IMG/VR virus record: IMGVR_UViG_3300007539_000009
Location: 1 to 64,000 of that record
From: a virus
Length of the DNA stretch: 64,000 nucleotides
Strand: one strand, 5' to 3'
A program made the translations under genes and the position numbers. The notes under the pieces are model-generated. The model saw only the letters and a list, made by a program, of their open reading frames with translations. It made no database searches and had not been told where the DNA came from. This document shows, piece after piece, positions 35,180 to 45,800 of this stretch (position 1 is the stretch's first letter; each line of letters starts with the position of its first letter).

Positions 35180-35187
35180 AAACCAAC

Positions 35188-35712
35188 ATGCAGTTCATCA
35201 ACCTGACGTCCCACGACGTCGTTCTGAACAGCGGCGTCACCATCCCCGCCTCGGGGACCGTGGCGCGCGTCGCCGCCAACTACGGCGACTTCGACGCTGA
35301 CGGCATCGCCGTCCAGTCCTTCGGGCAGGTTCAGGATCTGCCCGACCCCGCTCCGGGAGTTACCTACGTCGTGAGCGCGCTGGTGCTCTCGGCGTCCGAC
35401 CGGACCGATCTGGTGGCCCCGGCCACCGGTCACCCGGACTGCGTCCGGGACGACTCGGGACGCATCAGCAGCGTCCCGGGGTTTGTGCAGTCGGCTAAGG
35501 CCGCTGCGCAAGCGGACCGCCGCGCGGCGGCGGACCAAGTGGTGGCGGCGTTGAACGCCGGCACCTTCACTGCGGCCGACGCGCGTCGGCTGCCCTGGGA
35601 CGTCGCGAACTCCGTGTTCGCACGCGACGACTGGGACCCTGACGCCGTCACTGACGGCGTGTTCGACGCGCTCCAGGACCTCGCCGACGCCTACGTCGGA
35701 GGTGTCCAGTGA
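35188..35712 (+). CDS. Conserved phage hypothetical protein (INLTxH..IPxSG..RV..LP..YVVS..RxDL family)
   Basis: FINLTSHDV..IPASGTVARV..DLPDPAPGVTYVVS..RTDLVAP..RDDSGRI. Confidence 0.75.
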   Translation: MQFINLTSHDVVLNSGVTIPASGTVARVAANYGDFDADGIAVQSFGQVQDLPDPAPGVTYVVSALVLSASDRTDLVAPATGHPDCVRDDSGRISSVPGFVQSAKAAAQADRRAAADQVVAALNAGTFTAADARRLPWDVANSVFARDDWDPDAVTDGVFDALQDLADAYVGGVQ

Positions 35713-36161
35713 TCGCCGTCACCCCGGCGGGCGTGCCGATCGGGCACGCGGACCACTCATTGACGGAGGCCCACTGGGCCTTCATCGATGAGGTCATGAG
35801 GGAGGAGCCGCAGGACGGCTTCTTCCGACTCGCTGTGCGGCTCCCCGACGAGCTGCCGAGCCTGCCGTCGGCCCTGTACGGGCCGGCGTGCGATGACGAT
35901 CCCATCAAAGACGATGAGGTCGAGTACGTGGTTCGAGGCAACCGCCCCGGGCCGTCGCGACTCATCGACCGTCCTCACCGCGAGGGCCGATGGGTCGTGG
36001 TCATCGGCCTCGGAGTGCTCTCCGAGAGGCCGATGATCTTCACGGCCTACGGGTCGTTGAACGCGGTCATCTCACCGCGTGAATGGTGGGATGCTTCCAT
36101 GCGCCCTGCCGAGGCCATCGAGTCCGCCCAGTTCTGGGCGGAGCACGCACTGGCCAAGTAG
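35709..36161 (+). CDS. Hypothetical phage protein
   Basis: GTGA overlap; LPSALYGP..RGNRPGPSRL..FTAYG..PREWWD. Confidence 0.75.
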   Translation: MIAVTPAGVPIGHADHSLTEAHWAFIDEVMREEPQDGFFRLAVRLPDELPSLPSALYGPACDDDPIKDDEVEYVVRGNRPGPSRLIDRPHREGRWVVVIGLGVLSERPMIFTAYGSLNAVISPREWWDASMRPAEAIESAQFWAEHALAK

Positions 36162-36182
36162 CACGGCCCTTGGGCCGCGTCC

Positions 36183-36207
36183 AGAGACCCTTCGGGGTCT
36201 CTTTTTT
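36183..36207 (+). terminator. Terminator of the + arm
   Basis: agagaccc ttcg gggtctct followed by T-tract. Confidence 0.85.
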
Positions 36208-36230
36208 ACTCGCTGCTCTTGTTTTACATG

Positions 36231-36269
36231 AAAGAAGGAGCCATCAGCTGGCCGGCTGGTGGCTCCTTC
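36231..36269 (-). terminator. Terminator of the - (structural) arm
   Basis: 15-bp stem gaaggagccatcagc/gctggtggctccttc followed by tttc on the minus strand. Confidence 0.7.
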
Positions 36270-36291
36270 ACTTCAGGAGGGGGGTCTGGGA

Positions 36292-36675
36292 TCAATACAG
36301 ATGGGAGTCTGACTTTGCGGCTGTATAGCCTTCTGCTACGCGCTGCTTGCCGTAGCGCTTAGCCCGACTGCGATCCTTGACTTCGTCGTGAACGTACTCT
36401 GCCTTGTGCGACGGCAGGAAGCCTTTGGCTCGCTTCTTTCTGTATCGATCGTGCTTCACCTGCACCTCACCCGGGCTGACTATACCTCTAGGGTCGTAGC
36501 CGTGCGCCACCAGCTCGCGCTCAAAGCCACGAGCCATTGTGCGGTCCTGCACCCGCTCAGAGTACGTGGTCGACTTCTTCCTACCTAAGCCAGGGAAGAT
36601 CGATCGACGCTCGGTCGTAAGCTCAGCGGCGATCTTGTAAAGCTCGTCGCAGTAAGCAGCACCGAGGTCCATCAC
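36292..36675 (-). CDS. Small basic protein with DELxKxA leader
   Basis: YCDELYKIAA, then Arg/Lys-rich. Confidence 0.75.
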   Translation of the reverse strand: MMDLGAAYCDELYKIAAELTTERRSIFPGLGRKKSTTYSERVQDRTMARGFERELVAHGYDPRGIVSPGEVQVKHDRYRKKRAKGFLPSHKAEYVHDEVKDRSRAKRYGKQRVAEGYTAAKSDSHLY

Positions 36676-37421
36676 GCGCCAGCTGAGTTGGTCGACAGCT
36701 GAATCGGGGCAATGCGGTCGAACTGCCCTGAGACGTTTTCAGTCATCACAACAGTCGAAGCATCGACCATCATGTTGTGTGTCTCAATATAGCAGTCCTC
36801 AAGGTACATAGCGCCGTACGGCCGGTCACGCGTGTCCTTGAACACTAGTGCCATACCGAACGGAACATTGAACAGCTCCGAGGTCAGGTTGGTGAAGAAG
36901 TCACGGTTCTGAACCTCAGTCGTTGATCCGCCCCAACCCGGTGCCACATCAAGCACTTTGTCTGGGAAGAGCTCGTTGTACGTCTCCAAGTAGGAGATCG
37001 GCTGCCCCTGCTCGTCAGGATCGATGAGCAACTCAGTACCGAACTCACCCAGTTTCTGGCCAGGGCCGATCGGAGCGAGCGCGTAGAGCAGACGCATCAA
37101 GCTCGGGCCGTAGAACAGGAAGCGCGAGACCGTGAAGTTCGCGAACATCCGTCCGGGCACCAAGTAGCTGCGCTTAGAGCCAATCTCGAACAGACGGCTG
37201 AGCTGCCTGTTCTGCGCGACCTGAATGCCTTGCAGCAGCCCAATCGGGATCAGCGAGTTGGTAGCGGTGAACCCCACTGCCGTGGGGTCGCCGGGTGTGA
37301 GCATGTCCAGACGAGCCGGACCGGCAAGCACCAGCGTCGACTCAGACGACACATACTCGCCGTTCTTGATCTCTGTCTGGACGTGCTCGTTAGTCCAGTT
37401 CCAGTTGAGGTAGCTCGTCAT
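36672..37421 (-). CDS. Tail tube protein (contractile tail)
   Basis: IGLLQGIQVAQNRQLSRLFEIGSKRSY.VPG tube-like motif; downstream of sheath. Confidence 0.65.
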   Translation of the reverse strand: MTSYLNWNWTNEHVQTEIKNGEYVSSESTLVLAGPARLDMLTPGDPTAVGFTATNSLIPIGLLQGIQVAQNRQLSRLFEIGSKRSYLVPGRMFANFTVSRFLFYGPSLMRLLYALAPIGPGQKLGEFGTELLIDPDEQGQPISYLETYNELFPDKVLDVAPGWGGSTTEVQNRDFFTNLTSELFNVPFGMALVFKDTRDRPYGAMYLEDCYIETHNMMVDASTVVMTENVSGQFDRIAPIQLSTNSAGA

Positions 37422-37439
37422 TGGATGATGTTGTTTCTT

Positions 37440-37721
37440 TTAGGACTTGCGCCGGCCACGAGCCGAGCGCTGCTTGTCTCGCTCTCTTTTGTGCGCAGCA
37501 GCCGCTCCGACGCCTGAGCCAGCCACAACACCTACTGGTCCTGCGAGCGCGCCGCCAGCGAGGGAGCCGGCGAGGGAGCCGGCAGCAGACCGCCAACGAC
37601 TACCGTGCTCTGCACCGATAGCAGCGCCGATCGGCCCAAGCAGCGCTCCACCAGCACCAGCTGCTCCTGCGCCTGCAATCTTGGCCAGTTCGTCAACAAA
37701 TCCGAGAACGGTTGAGGTCAT
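37440..37721 (-). CDS. Small DELxKxA-leader protein with glycine zipper and basic tail
   Basis: FVDELAKIAG; GAGAAGAGGALLG..GSLAGSLAGGALAG; ARGRRKS. Confidence 0.75.
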   Translation of the reverse strand: MTSTVLGFVDELAKIAGAGAAGAGGALLGPIGAAIGAEHGSRWRSAAGSLAGSLAGGALAGPVGVVAGSGVGAAAAHKRERDKQRSARGRRKS

Positions 37722-40700
37722 CAGATGAAGATGAAGATGGTGCCTTGCGAGGCGGAGAAGAAAGGTTCGACCTGGTACTCCATGATGAAGCCGTCCGGCT
37801 GATCCGGGTCGTCTTCGATCTTGTTGAGTTTGATCGACTTGATGTGCTTCTGCTCGAGGATCGAGTTTCGCACGCCTTGCTGGATGCCTGAGAGAACGTC
37901 GTAGAAGCCCTCGTCTCGGATGTAGGTACCGAGGATCGGGCGAATCGCCGCGCGCAGCAGTCGAGCGAAGTTGTCGATCTGCGTGGTTACTGCGTCCTCG
38001 TAGAACTCCACAGCCGTGGTGTCCGTAGTCAGAGCGCGGATGGCGCTGACCGTAGCTCCTTCGCCGCCAGGCTGCTGCATGTAGTAGTTGCCGGCGTTGA
38101 TGATGACGTCCTGGTCGTCAGCGCTGCCCGAGAACGGGTCGATGATCGACTGGATACCAGAGCCGGCAACCTTCGTCAGCGGCCGTGCAGGGCCGTACTC
38201 AGCGCGCTTGGCTGCTTCGATCGCGCAGGCGTACTGCATGCCCGCCTGGTAGTCCACGACGTCCTCATTCACCGTTCCGTAGAACCCGGTGGTGTCTGTG
38301 AACGTCAGCAGGCAGCGAGACGGGAAGATGTTGCGGACACGCCGCTCACTGATCGCATCGGTGTAGGCTGCGATCGAATCACGGAACTCCGTGGTCGATA
38401 GCAGCTTTGACTTGATCGTGTAGGCCGTCACAGTCAGGTCTGTCACGCCCTTGGCAATATTCCCGTCGGGAATCATTGTCAGAGTCGTAGTAGAGCCAAC
38501 TACGTTGACGACTGTGATTCGACCGGAGAAGTCGATCAGTGTCGTGCCATCGAAGGCTGTGCCTGAGAACTCATCACCGACGATGATGTCGTCTACGGCG
38601 GTAAGGTCACGCTGGACTGTGACTGTCTGGACGCCGCCCGGATCAGTGCGGCTGATCATCGGAGCGTCACCCGACTGCAGCGAGGACTTGTCCTCCTGCG
38701 TGACGTGCCACTTCGACTGGTACAGGATCCGCTCCCGCTTGTTGACGGGCAGCGACTGTGTCAGTACATGCGTCTGAGCTGCAGACAGCACCAGGTCGTC
38801 TTGGGTCAGCGGGACGATCGAGTAGACCGCATCGCTGGCCGCTGCCGCAAAGGCCGTGTTCCAGGCTGTGACGTTGTTGTCGCCGACCTGCAGGCAGTAC
38901 ACCTCTGTGTTGGTGTTCTGCGTGGCAAGCTGCGCGGCTAGCGCCAGCGGGTTGTCCGGAACCGGATCCCCCAGAAGCGACTGGTAGGTGCTGGCCGTGA
39001 CCCGGATGAACGTGTCTGTCGACGTGTTCAAGATCTCGGCGTAGCTCAGCTTGACCGTGCCTTCGAGGCTGGCACCAGACAGTGTCTTCTCAACTGTGTA
39101 GTTGAGGGAGCTCGCTGCATCGGCGCTACCCACAAGGAGGATGTCGTCACCAAGCACATCCGGGCTTGCGGCGATGTCTACTGCCGTCTGGAAGTAGATT
39201 GCACCCTTGACCGTCTGAGTGTCCGGCACGTTGTTCGGGCTGGTCGAGAGCTGCGTAATCTCGAGCGTCGAGTCGTTAACTACGCGCTTGACCGTGAAGT
39301 CAGCCCGCAGCGGGCGACGAACGCTGAACCCGATGTCTTCGATCGTCTCGTTCGACTGGAGAACGATGCCCTTGTTCGGGTGATCTTTGACCGTAAGCTG
39401 CGTAGCGCTGTCTTGCGTGATGACCACGAACAGCAAAACACCCGCGTCGCTAAACACGAGGTCACCCGCTGCGACGCCGTCGGCGCCGAAATCAGTGGAG
39501 CCGTTAGCGGTAAGTACGCGCTCCCCGCTGACGTTCTCCGCGCCGATGTCCGCTGTGTCCCCAGTCAGGGGCGAACCCGGGTTGCAGATTACGTAGTCGA
39601 CGTTAGATGCCGACAGCGTGTCCGAGTACATCTCGCCGAACTCGCGGACGACCAGCGTGTTGTCTGTGCCCGGCGAATGCCCGGACGGGCTCGGGCTAGT
39701 CAGGTTGCCGGCATTTGTGATCTCGAACACCGGGCGATAGATACCGTCAGTGTCCTTGATGAGGATGTGGTCGCCGACCTCTACTGTGCCGGGGAAGCCG
39801 GTGATAGCGGTGTCGATGAAGTTTCGAAGACCAGCTGCGTCAGCTGCCGAGAACGAACCTGTGGTGCCGCTCGCGCCTGCGCGCGGCGCGTAGGTGTACG
39901 CGCGGAAGGCTACGCCTTCGTTCGGGTCCGCATCTACGTAGTCAGGCAGGTCGCCACTGGCAAAGTCCTGAACTATGTGCTGGTCAGTAGCCGCAGTCTC
40001 GTCAGAGACTGTGTAGAACACCGGGCGATACTCAGCGTTCTCGTTCTGCGTGAAGAAGATCGTGCCAGTGAACGCAGCGTTGTCCCAGACTGTGACGGTG
40101 GTGCCGGCAGAGGGCAACGTCACAACACGCTGGTTACTGGCAACAGCGATTGCAGGGCTGCTGAGCAGTGACCCCTCGCTCTGCCCGACCTGGTCGAACT
40201 CAAGGCCGATGCCCTGGCTTCGGATGCTCCAGTGGTCGAGGAACAGGACGTCACCTTGCTTGACGCCCGTACCCGTCGAACCGAAGCCGCCGGCTGTGTT
40301 GAATGCTGTACTGGTGCTGCGAAGCGTGCGGATGCCGTTCGCATCCTCAGGCTCGACCAGGATCTTGGCTGCCTCGACTGCGCCGATAGTGCTCGGCCCT
40401 TTGTCTAGGCGGGTGACCAACAGCTGGTCGTCACTGATCAGGCCGCCGCTGGCAACCTTGTACGTAGACACGCCGTTGACCTTGATGATGTCTCCATCAC
40501 CTACTTGGTCAATGACGAAGTCAGCCGACGAATCAGTAAAGCTGCTCTCTGTCGGCGTATCGGTATCAACGGCGAACACACCGGCGGTACCTGATGCGAT
40601 CTCGAAGGTCGCGCTGGCGCCAGCAGCAATGGAGAAGTTCGGTGTGGTTGCCGACTCATCCAGGTTGGCGAAAGACACACCAGTCGTGATCTCCGCTGTG

Positions 40701-40975
40701 CCTAGGGTCGGGTGCGTGACGAAGATCGCGGGCTGCAGCAGAGCAGGTGACGCGGTCTCGTTCTCTACAACACCACCCTGCCAGTTGGCGAAGTCAACTG
40801 CAGTCAGCGGCGTGCCGGCGTTGTAGTCGCCTGCTCCCGCGTCGATCTGGTAGTTGAGGCTGCGGTTCAGACCAATCAGCAGAACCGGCAGGTTGGTTGC
40901 CGGCGGGGTACCACTGATCGTGGTGAACTGCTGAAAGATCTTCAGTCCAGGACGAAGATTAGATGAGCTGGCCAT
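37721..40975 (-). CDS. Tail sheath protein with large beta-rich insertions
   Basis: 1084 aa; PVLLIGLN N-terminus, YSIVPLTQD, C-terminal QIDNFARLLR..IEDDPDQPDGFIMEYQVEP. Confidence 0.8.
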   Translation of the reverse strand: MASSSNLRPGLKIFQQFTTISGTPPATNLPVLLIGLNRSLNYQIDAGAGDYNAGTPLTAVDFANWQGGVVENETASPALLQPAIFVTHPTLGTAEITTGVSFANLDESATTPNFSIAAGASATFEIASGTAGVFAVDTDTPTESSFTDSSADFVIDQVGDGDIIKVNGVSTYKVASGGLISDDQLLVTRLDKGPSTIGAVEAAKILVEPEDANGIRTLRSTSTAFNTAGGFGSTGTGVKQGDVLFLDHWSIRSQGIGLEFDQVGQSEGSLLSSPAIAVASNQRVVTLPSAGTTVTVWDNAAFTGTIFFTQNENAEYRPVFYTVSDETAATDQHIVQDFASGDLPDYVDADPNEGVAFRAYTYAPRAGASGTTGSFSAADAAGLRNFIDTAITGFPGTVEVGDHILIKDTDGIYRPVFEITNAGNLTSPSPSGHSPGTDNTLVVREFGEMYSDTLSASNVDYVICNPGSPLTGDTADIGAENVSGERVLTANGSTDFGADGVAAGDLVFSDAGVLLFVVITQDSATQLTVKDHPNKGIVLQSNETIEDIGFSVRRPLRADFTVKRVVNDSTLEITQLSTSPNNVPDTQTVKGAIYFQTAVDIAASPDVLGDDILLVGSADAASSLNYTVEKTLSGASLEGTVKLSYAEILNTSTDTFIRVTASTYQSLLGDPVPDNPLALAAQLATQNTNTEVYCLQVGDNNVTAWNTAFAAAASDAVYSIVPLTQDDLVLSAAQTHVLTQSLPVNKRERILYQSKWHVTQEDKSSLQSGDAPMISRTDPGGVQTVTVQRDLTAVDDIIVGDEFSGTAFDGTTLIDFSGRITVVNVVGSTTTLTMIPDGNIAKGVTDLTVTAYTIKSKLLSTTEFRDSIAAYTDAISERRVRNIFPSRCLLTFTDTTGFYGTVNEDVVDYQAGMQYACAIEAAKRAEYGPARPLTKVAGSGIQSIIDPFSGSADDQDVIINAGNYYMQQPGGEGATVSAIRALTTDTTAVEFYEDAVTTQIDNFARLLRAAIRPILGTYIRDEGFYDVLSGIQQGVRNSILEQKHIKSIKLNKIEDDPDQPDGFIMEYQVEPFFSASQGTIFIFI

Positions 40976-40981
40976 GTCAGA

Positions 40982-41788
40982 TCAGGGTGAGGTGCCGTAC
41001 CACTGGTCGAGGAGGTCTTCCGGAGACCCGTTGATGATGCTTGTAGGTGCTGCTTTCACGCACCCAAGGCCGTCTCCGGCCGGTTCCGGGTAGCCACTTC
41101 CCGACAAGTTGCTGATGCCTGCTGCTGTGGCGTACGTGGCAGTGGTTGACTTGACCCAGTTAAGGGTTTGGTGCACCACTAGCGTAATCGGCGCCACAAA
41201 CAGATCGTGCTGAGAGTCCGCACGCACAGACCGTGCTTCGCCGATGATCGGGCTGTCGATCTTGTGGATCCGAGACCCGTCTCGAATCTCCTTTTCATGG
41301 AAGCGGATGAAAGACCCCGCAAGCCACGCCAGGAGCTCGGCGTTCAGATCGTTGCGTGCGTAGCAGTTGATGCTGATGGGAACAGTCGTGTTGTCCTGGA
41401 ACTCAGCCTTTGACCGACCGGTCGTTCCGAAGACCCGCTGACCGGTAGAACCAACGGTGGTTCGGGGAACAGCGCCCCCGAACCCTTTGCCGTTGATCGC
41501 CAAGTCATTGAACGAGAACGTGCCCCGACTGAGGATGATCGCCGGGCGGCCATCTGTCTTGAACACTTCACTGCTGAACGAGTCAGCGATGACGAGCTTG
41601 CTGTCATCGCTGATCTCGTTGCTAGGTGTCAGAACAAGACGGAAGGGGTTCGGCCGCGCGGCGAACTCAGGGAACGTCTCTTGCTGAAAAACGTCTCGGA
41701 ACACCTCGAGCAGAATCCGCCGAGGGTAAGTCAGCGGATTGTGTACAGCGGGATCTGCCGTCCCGAAGCTCGGGGTTCCGTCAGCCAT
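40982..41788 (-). CDS. Tail terminator / tail completion protein (putative)
   Basis: RPAIILSRG, ISINCYARNDLNAELLA; lies upstream of sheath. Confidence 0.55.
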   Translation of the reverse strand: MADGTPSFGTADPAVHNPLTYPRRILLEVFRDVFQQETFPEFAARPNPFRLVLTPSNEISDDSKLVIADSFSSEVFKTDGRPAIILSRGTFSFNDLAINGKGFGGAVPRTTVGSTGQRVFGTTGRSKAEFQDNTTVPISINCYARNDLNAELLAWLAGSFIRFHEKEIRDGSRIHKIDSPIIGEARSVRADSQHDLFVAPITLVVHQTLNWVKSTTATYATAAGISNLSGSGYPEPAGDGLGCVKAAPTSIINGSPEDLLDQWYGTSP

Positions 41789-42326
41789 TCTGTCGGCGAG
41801 ACGCCAAGTACCCGATGCCGCCTGCTACGCCAAGGCCAGCAAGAACCGGATTCCGCCGGACTGCGCTCATGAGCTTGCTGCTGCCCACACCGGACCCGCC
41901 GGACCCGCCGCCGCGACCAGCGCGGACCTTATCTAGACGTGCTTGACGAGTAGCAGCGGCTGCGTCGCCTGCGGCGCGAGCAGACCCGGCGGTGCCCGGG
42001 TTTTTCATCGCGCGCTGCATGACTTCGTTGCCCCATATCGTCGGATTCTTGGCAGCGACTTTCTCAACGTACGCCTGCATGGCGTTGTCGAGCTCGGCAG
42101 CACGCTTCTCAAAGACCTCTTCGACACCTGCGAGGAATGCCGGGTGCTCGATCAGCTGGTTCAGCTGGAAATCCGTGATTGCGGCGATCTTCTCGACCTC
42201 CGGCTCGGGCTGCGGCTCCTCAACTACAGGGGCAGCCGGCTCCATCTCCGCGAAGAGCGCGGCTGTCTTCGTGTTGTGGCCCAGGATGTCACTGAGCTCA
42301 GTGATTAGCGTGTGTTCAGCGTTCAT
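41781..42326 (-). CDS. K-x-A motif protein with basic, Gly-rich C-terminus
   Basis: TKTAA, EKIAA, EKRAA, EKVAA; ends VLAGLGVAGGIGYLASRRQNG. Confidence 0.75.
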   Translation of the reverse strand: MNAEHTLITELSDILGHNTKTAALFAEMEPAAPVVEEPQPEPEVEKIAAITDFQLNQLIEHPAFLAGVEEVFEKRAAELDNAMQAYVEKVAAKNPTIWGNEVMQRAMKNPGTAGSARAAGDAAAATRQARLDKVRAGRGGGSGGSGVGSSKLMSAVRRNPVLAGLGVAGGIGYLASRRQNG

Positions 42327-42895
42327 GATTTGCGACGAAGTCTGTTGTTCAGCCGGGACTCTTCCCAGCGACTTGCCCCTCTGTGAACAGCGTAGAGTCC
42401 TGCTCCTGACGCTGCACCTTTAGAGACGCCCCGTAAGGCAGCCTGGCCGACGGCTTTACGGCCGGCACCAGACGCGGACATAGCGCCTATAGCCGCCCCA
42501 GCCAGGGCACCGGCAGAGGCAGCATTAATTCCGGGCCGGGGATTTCCGGCTTTTCGAGCTCGGTATTGAGCGTAGCCCAGCCCAGCTCCAACACCCACAG
42601 CAGCTGACGCAGGCAAGGTCCGAGCTACTGCTTGAATCTGCTTGGCGGTCCTCAGGTTTGCAGGCGTCGTGCGGGCTACCTGCTTGGCAGTGCGGGCAGC
42701 CAAAGCCGCGTGGGCAGCACCGCTAGCAACCAAGCCCACCATGCCTGCACGCCCTCTTGGCTTAGCTGACGCTTTTGCCGCCTGAAACTCTTTGACGGCC
42801 TCCCACTCAGGGTCTAGCCGTCTGGGTTTCGTGCCTGCGGCGTCTGCGAGCTTGTCTAGCTCGTCTAGGAGATCACTGACTGACTTGCTTGTCAT
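42323..42895 (-). CDS. Basic Ala/Gly-rich protein with DELxKxA leader
   Basis: LLDELDKLADA; glycine-zipper-like segments. Confidence 0.75.
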   Translation of the reverse strand: MTSKSVSDLLDELDKLADAAGTKPRRLDPEWEAVKEFQAAKASAKPRGRAGMVGLVASGAAHAALAARTAKQVARTTPANLRTAKQIQAVARTLPASAAVGVGAGLGYAQYRARKAGNPRPGINAASAGALAGAAIGAMSASGAGRKAVGQAALRGVSKGAASGAGLYAVHRGASRWEESRLNNRLRRKS

Positions 42896-45800
42896 CAGAA
42901 GTCCACACTCAGGATGCCCAGGTTAGGTGACCCCGCGCTGGGTGCGTTAGCGAAGGTAGTCTTCCCTGGCACCGCTCGGATCAGAATAGGGTTGAGTGTG
43001 CTCAGGTCCGGCACTTCAAGAGTCGTCTCGATGTCTGACGGATTGATCCGAGTCAACGAGAATGATTGGTTTACCAGCACTCTCTTGTACTCAGCTGGAG
43101 TGATACCACCAACTCGATACCAACCACCTTGGTTAGTCTCGTGGATCAAGTCGCGAGGACGCAGCAACGGATAGTTAGCCATCATTGCGCGTGTCACCGT
43201 ATCCTGCCGAGTGATGTCTCCAGGCGTGTTCTGCTTGGACTCCGGATCAATGACAGCAAGTGTGGCAATGGGCTCGTAATACCCTTCGGTGTATCCGGTG
43301 CCAAAGCACATCGGACAATCCGGGTCGCTGCTCTTTTGCATGACTGCATCCCAGCAGCTGCAGCGGTCTTCTGCGAACCGACGCTGGAACACCAGCACAG
43401 GCGATCCGCCTTGGCGGACAAGAACCTGGCTAGCGCGCATGGCGTTGATGGCAGGTCCCGTGATGTCCCCATCAAGCCGCACCGGGTCGTACGCCGGTAA
43501 CGCTGAGTTGTTGACTACCAGCTGCAGTCGGTAGAATGGCCGGCGCCACAGGTCACTGACGTTGACCGTGCTATCGAGATAGAACTGATTCAGCGCGGGT
43601 ACGAGGTCGATCTGCTCGTACGTCCCGTTTTCGGAGTACGCACGATCAATCCGGACCTGAGCAGTGTTCGGGTTCTCGTTGCCTACAGTCCACAGGTTCC
43701 ACCCAATCAACTGGGACTGGGCGTCCTGCTGGTAGACACAGATGTTGTCGAGGCGCATGCGAGTAGGGGGTGCTCCCGTAATAGATTGTACGACGGTCAG
43801 CTCGGCGGCCTGACCAGTCACGCTGTACGCCCGGTCTCCGATGAAGAAGTAGTAGAAGATGCCCCCAGATGCAGGGCGCAGCTGGAAGTTGACTGCCTGA
43901 GGGAAAGAGGGGGTGTCGGGGAACTGATTGCCCAGGCTGTCCACGCCTGTGGCATTGAAGACCACTGTGCCCGCTCCCAGGTATGCCTCTCGAGCTAGTT
44001 CGGCGCTTTGACCGGCCACCAACAAGGCCGAGGACTCTGCTATGAGGAACAAGGCTCGGGCGTAACGAAGATCGGCCACTTGTCCGTCTACGTAGTAGTT
44101 GGCTGTTTCAGCAGTCAGGCGCAGCTGCCTGCTAAGCGCCGCGTCTTGCCCGGCAGCAGTAAACAGCCCTTCGTCTGCAACCAAGATCTCGCCGACAGGG
44201 AACAGGGCGTCTTGGCCAGCCACAACGTAGGTGCCTAGCTCAGCCTCGAGCGACACCGCCTTGGCCACCGTCGCGTCCTGACCCGTCACAACAAATGTTC
44301 CGGTGTCGTTAACTACTGTCAGACGAAAAAGACCGGGCTGTCCCGTGACAACAAAGGTTGCAGTGTCAGCGACAAACACTTCTCCCAGCAAGAACAGAGC
44401 GTCCTGGCCCGAGACAGCGAAGCTAGCGGGGCTGGCTCCCAACTGGGCTGCGCGGCGGAGATCAGCACCTTGTCCTGTAAGCGTGAATGTCGCGACCTCA
44501 GCCGCAAGCGATTCGTCATTGAGGAACGCCGCCTCAAATCCAGTCAGCGTGAATGTTGCTTGCTCGGCCAGCAGCCCAAAGCCGAACAGTATCGGTTGCC
44601 CTGCTACTGTGTACGTTGACTGATCAGCAGCAAGCAGCAGCCCTCGTGACAGCGCCGCGTCTTGACCAGTGAGCGCAAACGTCGTTTGCTCTGCGGTGAA
44701 GAGCAGTGCTCGTAGGAAGCCTGCGTCTTGCCCAGTAAGGGCAAAGGACCCGACCTCGGCTATGAGCGATACACCAACAGCCAGCGCTGCGTCCTGGCCC
44801 GTGACGACGTAGGTGCCTAGGTCAGCTGTCAGCCTGCGGACCACCGACAACGTGGCGTCTTGGCCTGATAGCGCAAAGACACCTACTTCGGCAATGAACA
44901 AGTCGTCGAACAGCAGGCCGGCGTCCTGGCCGGTGAACGTGTAGCTGGCCTGATCGGCCGTAAGCAGCGCTGCGCGCGTAAGTACAGCAGCCTGACCTTC
45001 AACCGCAAAGGCCGCCTGCTCCGCAACTATGCGCAGTGCGAGGTCAAAAGCTGTGTCTTGACCAGTAAGCGTGTAGCTCTGCTGCTCAGCTACAAGTTCA
45101 AAACTAGCAGCAAGCCCAGCGTCTTGGCCGCTGAGTGTGAACGTAGCCTGCTCTGCAGTCAGCGACAGGCCGAGGATGAAGTCTGTGTCTTGGCCGGCCA
45201 GGCTGTAAGACGCCTGAGCTGCGTCTATGACCCGTGCTGCTGCTAAGTCGGCTTGTTGCCCGCTAACAGTGAACGACGCGTCATTGCTGACAAGAACTGC
45301 GTCACGTGTCAGCGCAGCGTCTTGTCCAGCGAGCACAAACGTTGCTTGATCAGCAGCAAGCGTCACTCCCCGGTTGAGCGCCGCATCTTGCCCGGTCAGC
45401 GCGTAGCTCTGCTGCTGGGCGAGCAGCGCACGTTCCGCAGTCAGCGCTGCATCCTGGCCGGACAGCGTGAAACTTCCACTGTCAGCGACAACGGAAAGTC
45501 CTCTAGCAAAGGCAAGGTCTTGGCCGACTAGGGAGAACGTTCCCTCGTCCGCTAGCAGGGTCAGCCCACGATTGAGCGCAGCGTCTTGGCCAGTAAGTGT
45601 GTACGTCTGCTGATCAGCAGTAAGTGTCAGTCCTCTAGCAAACGCTGTGTCCTGGCCAGTAAGTGTGTACGTCTGCTGATCAGCAGTAAGCGTAAAAGCG
45701 CCTACACCGGGAGGCGAGTACGTGAACCCGCTGAAGTCAATGACTTGGTAGCGGATCTCCGAGTCTTGTCCGGACCGGATGCGCCGAAATTGCACTGCCG

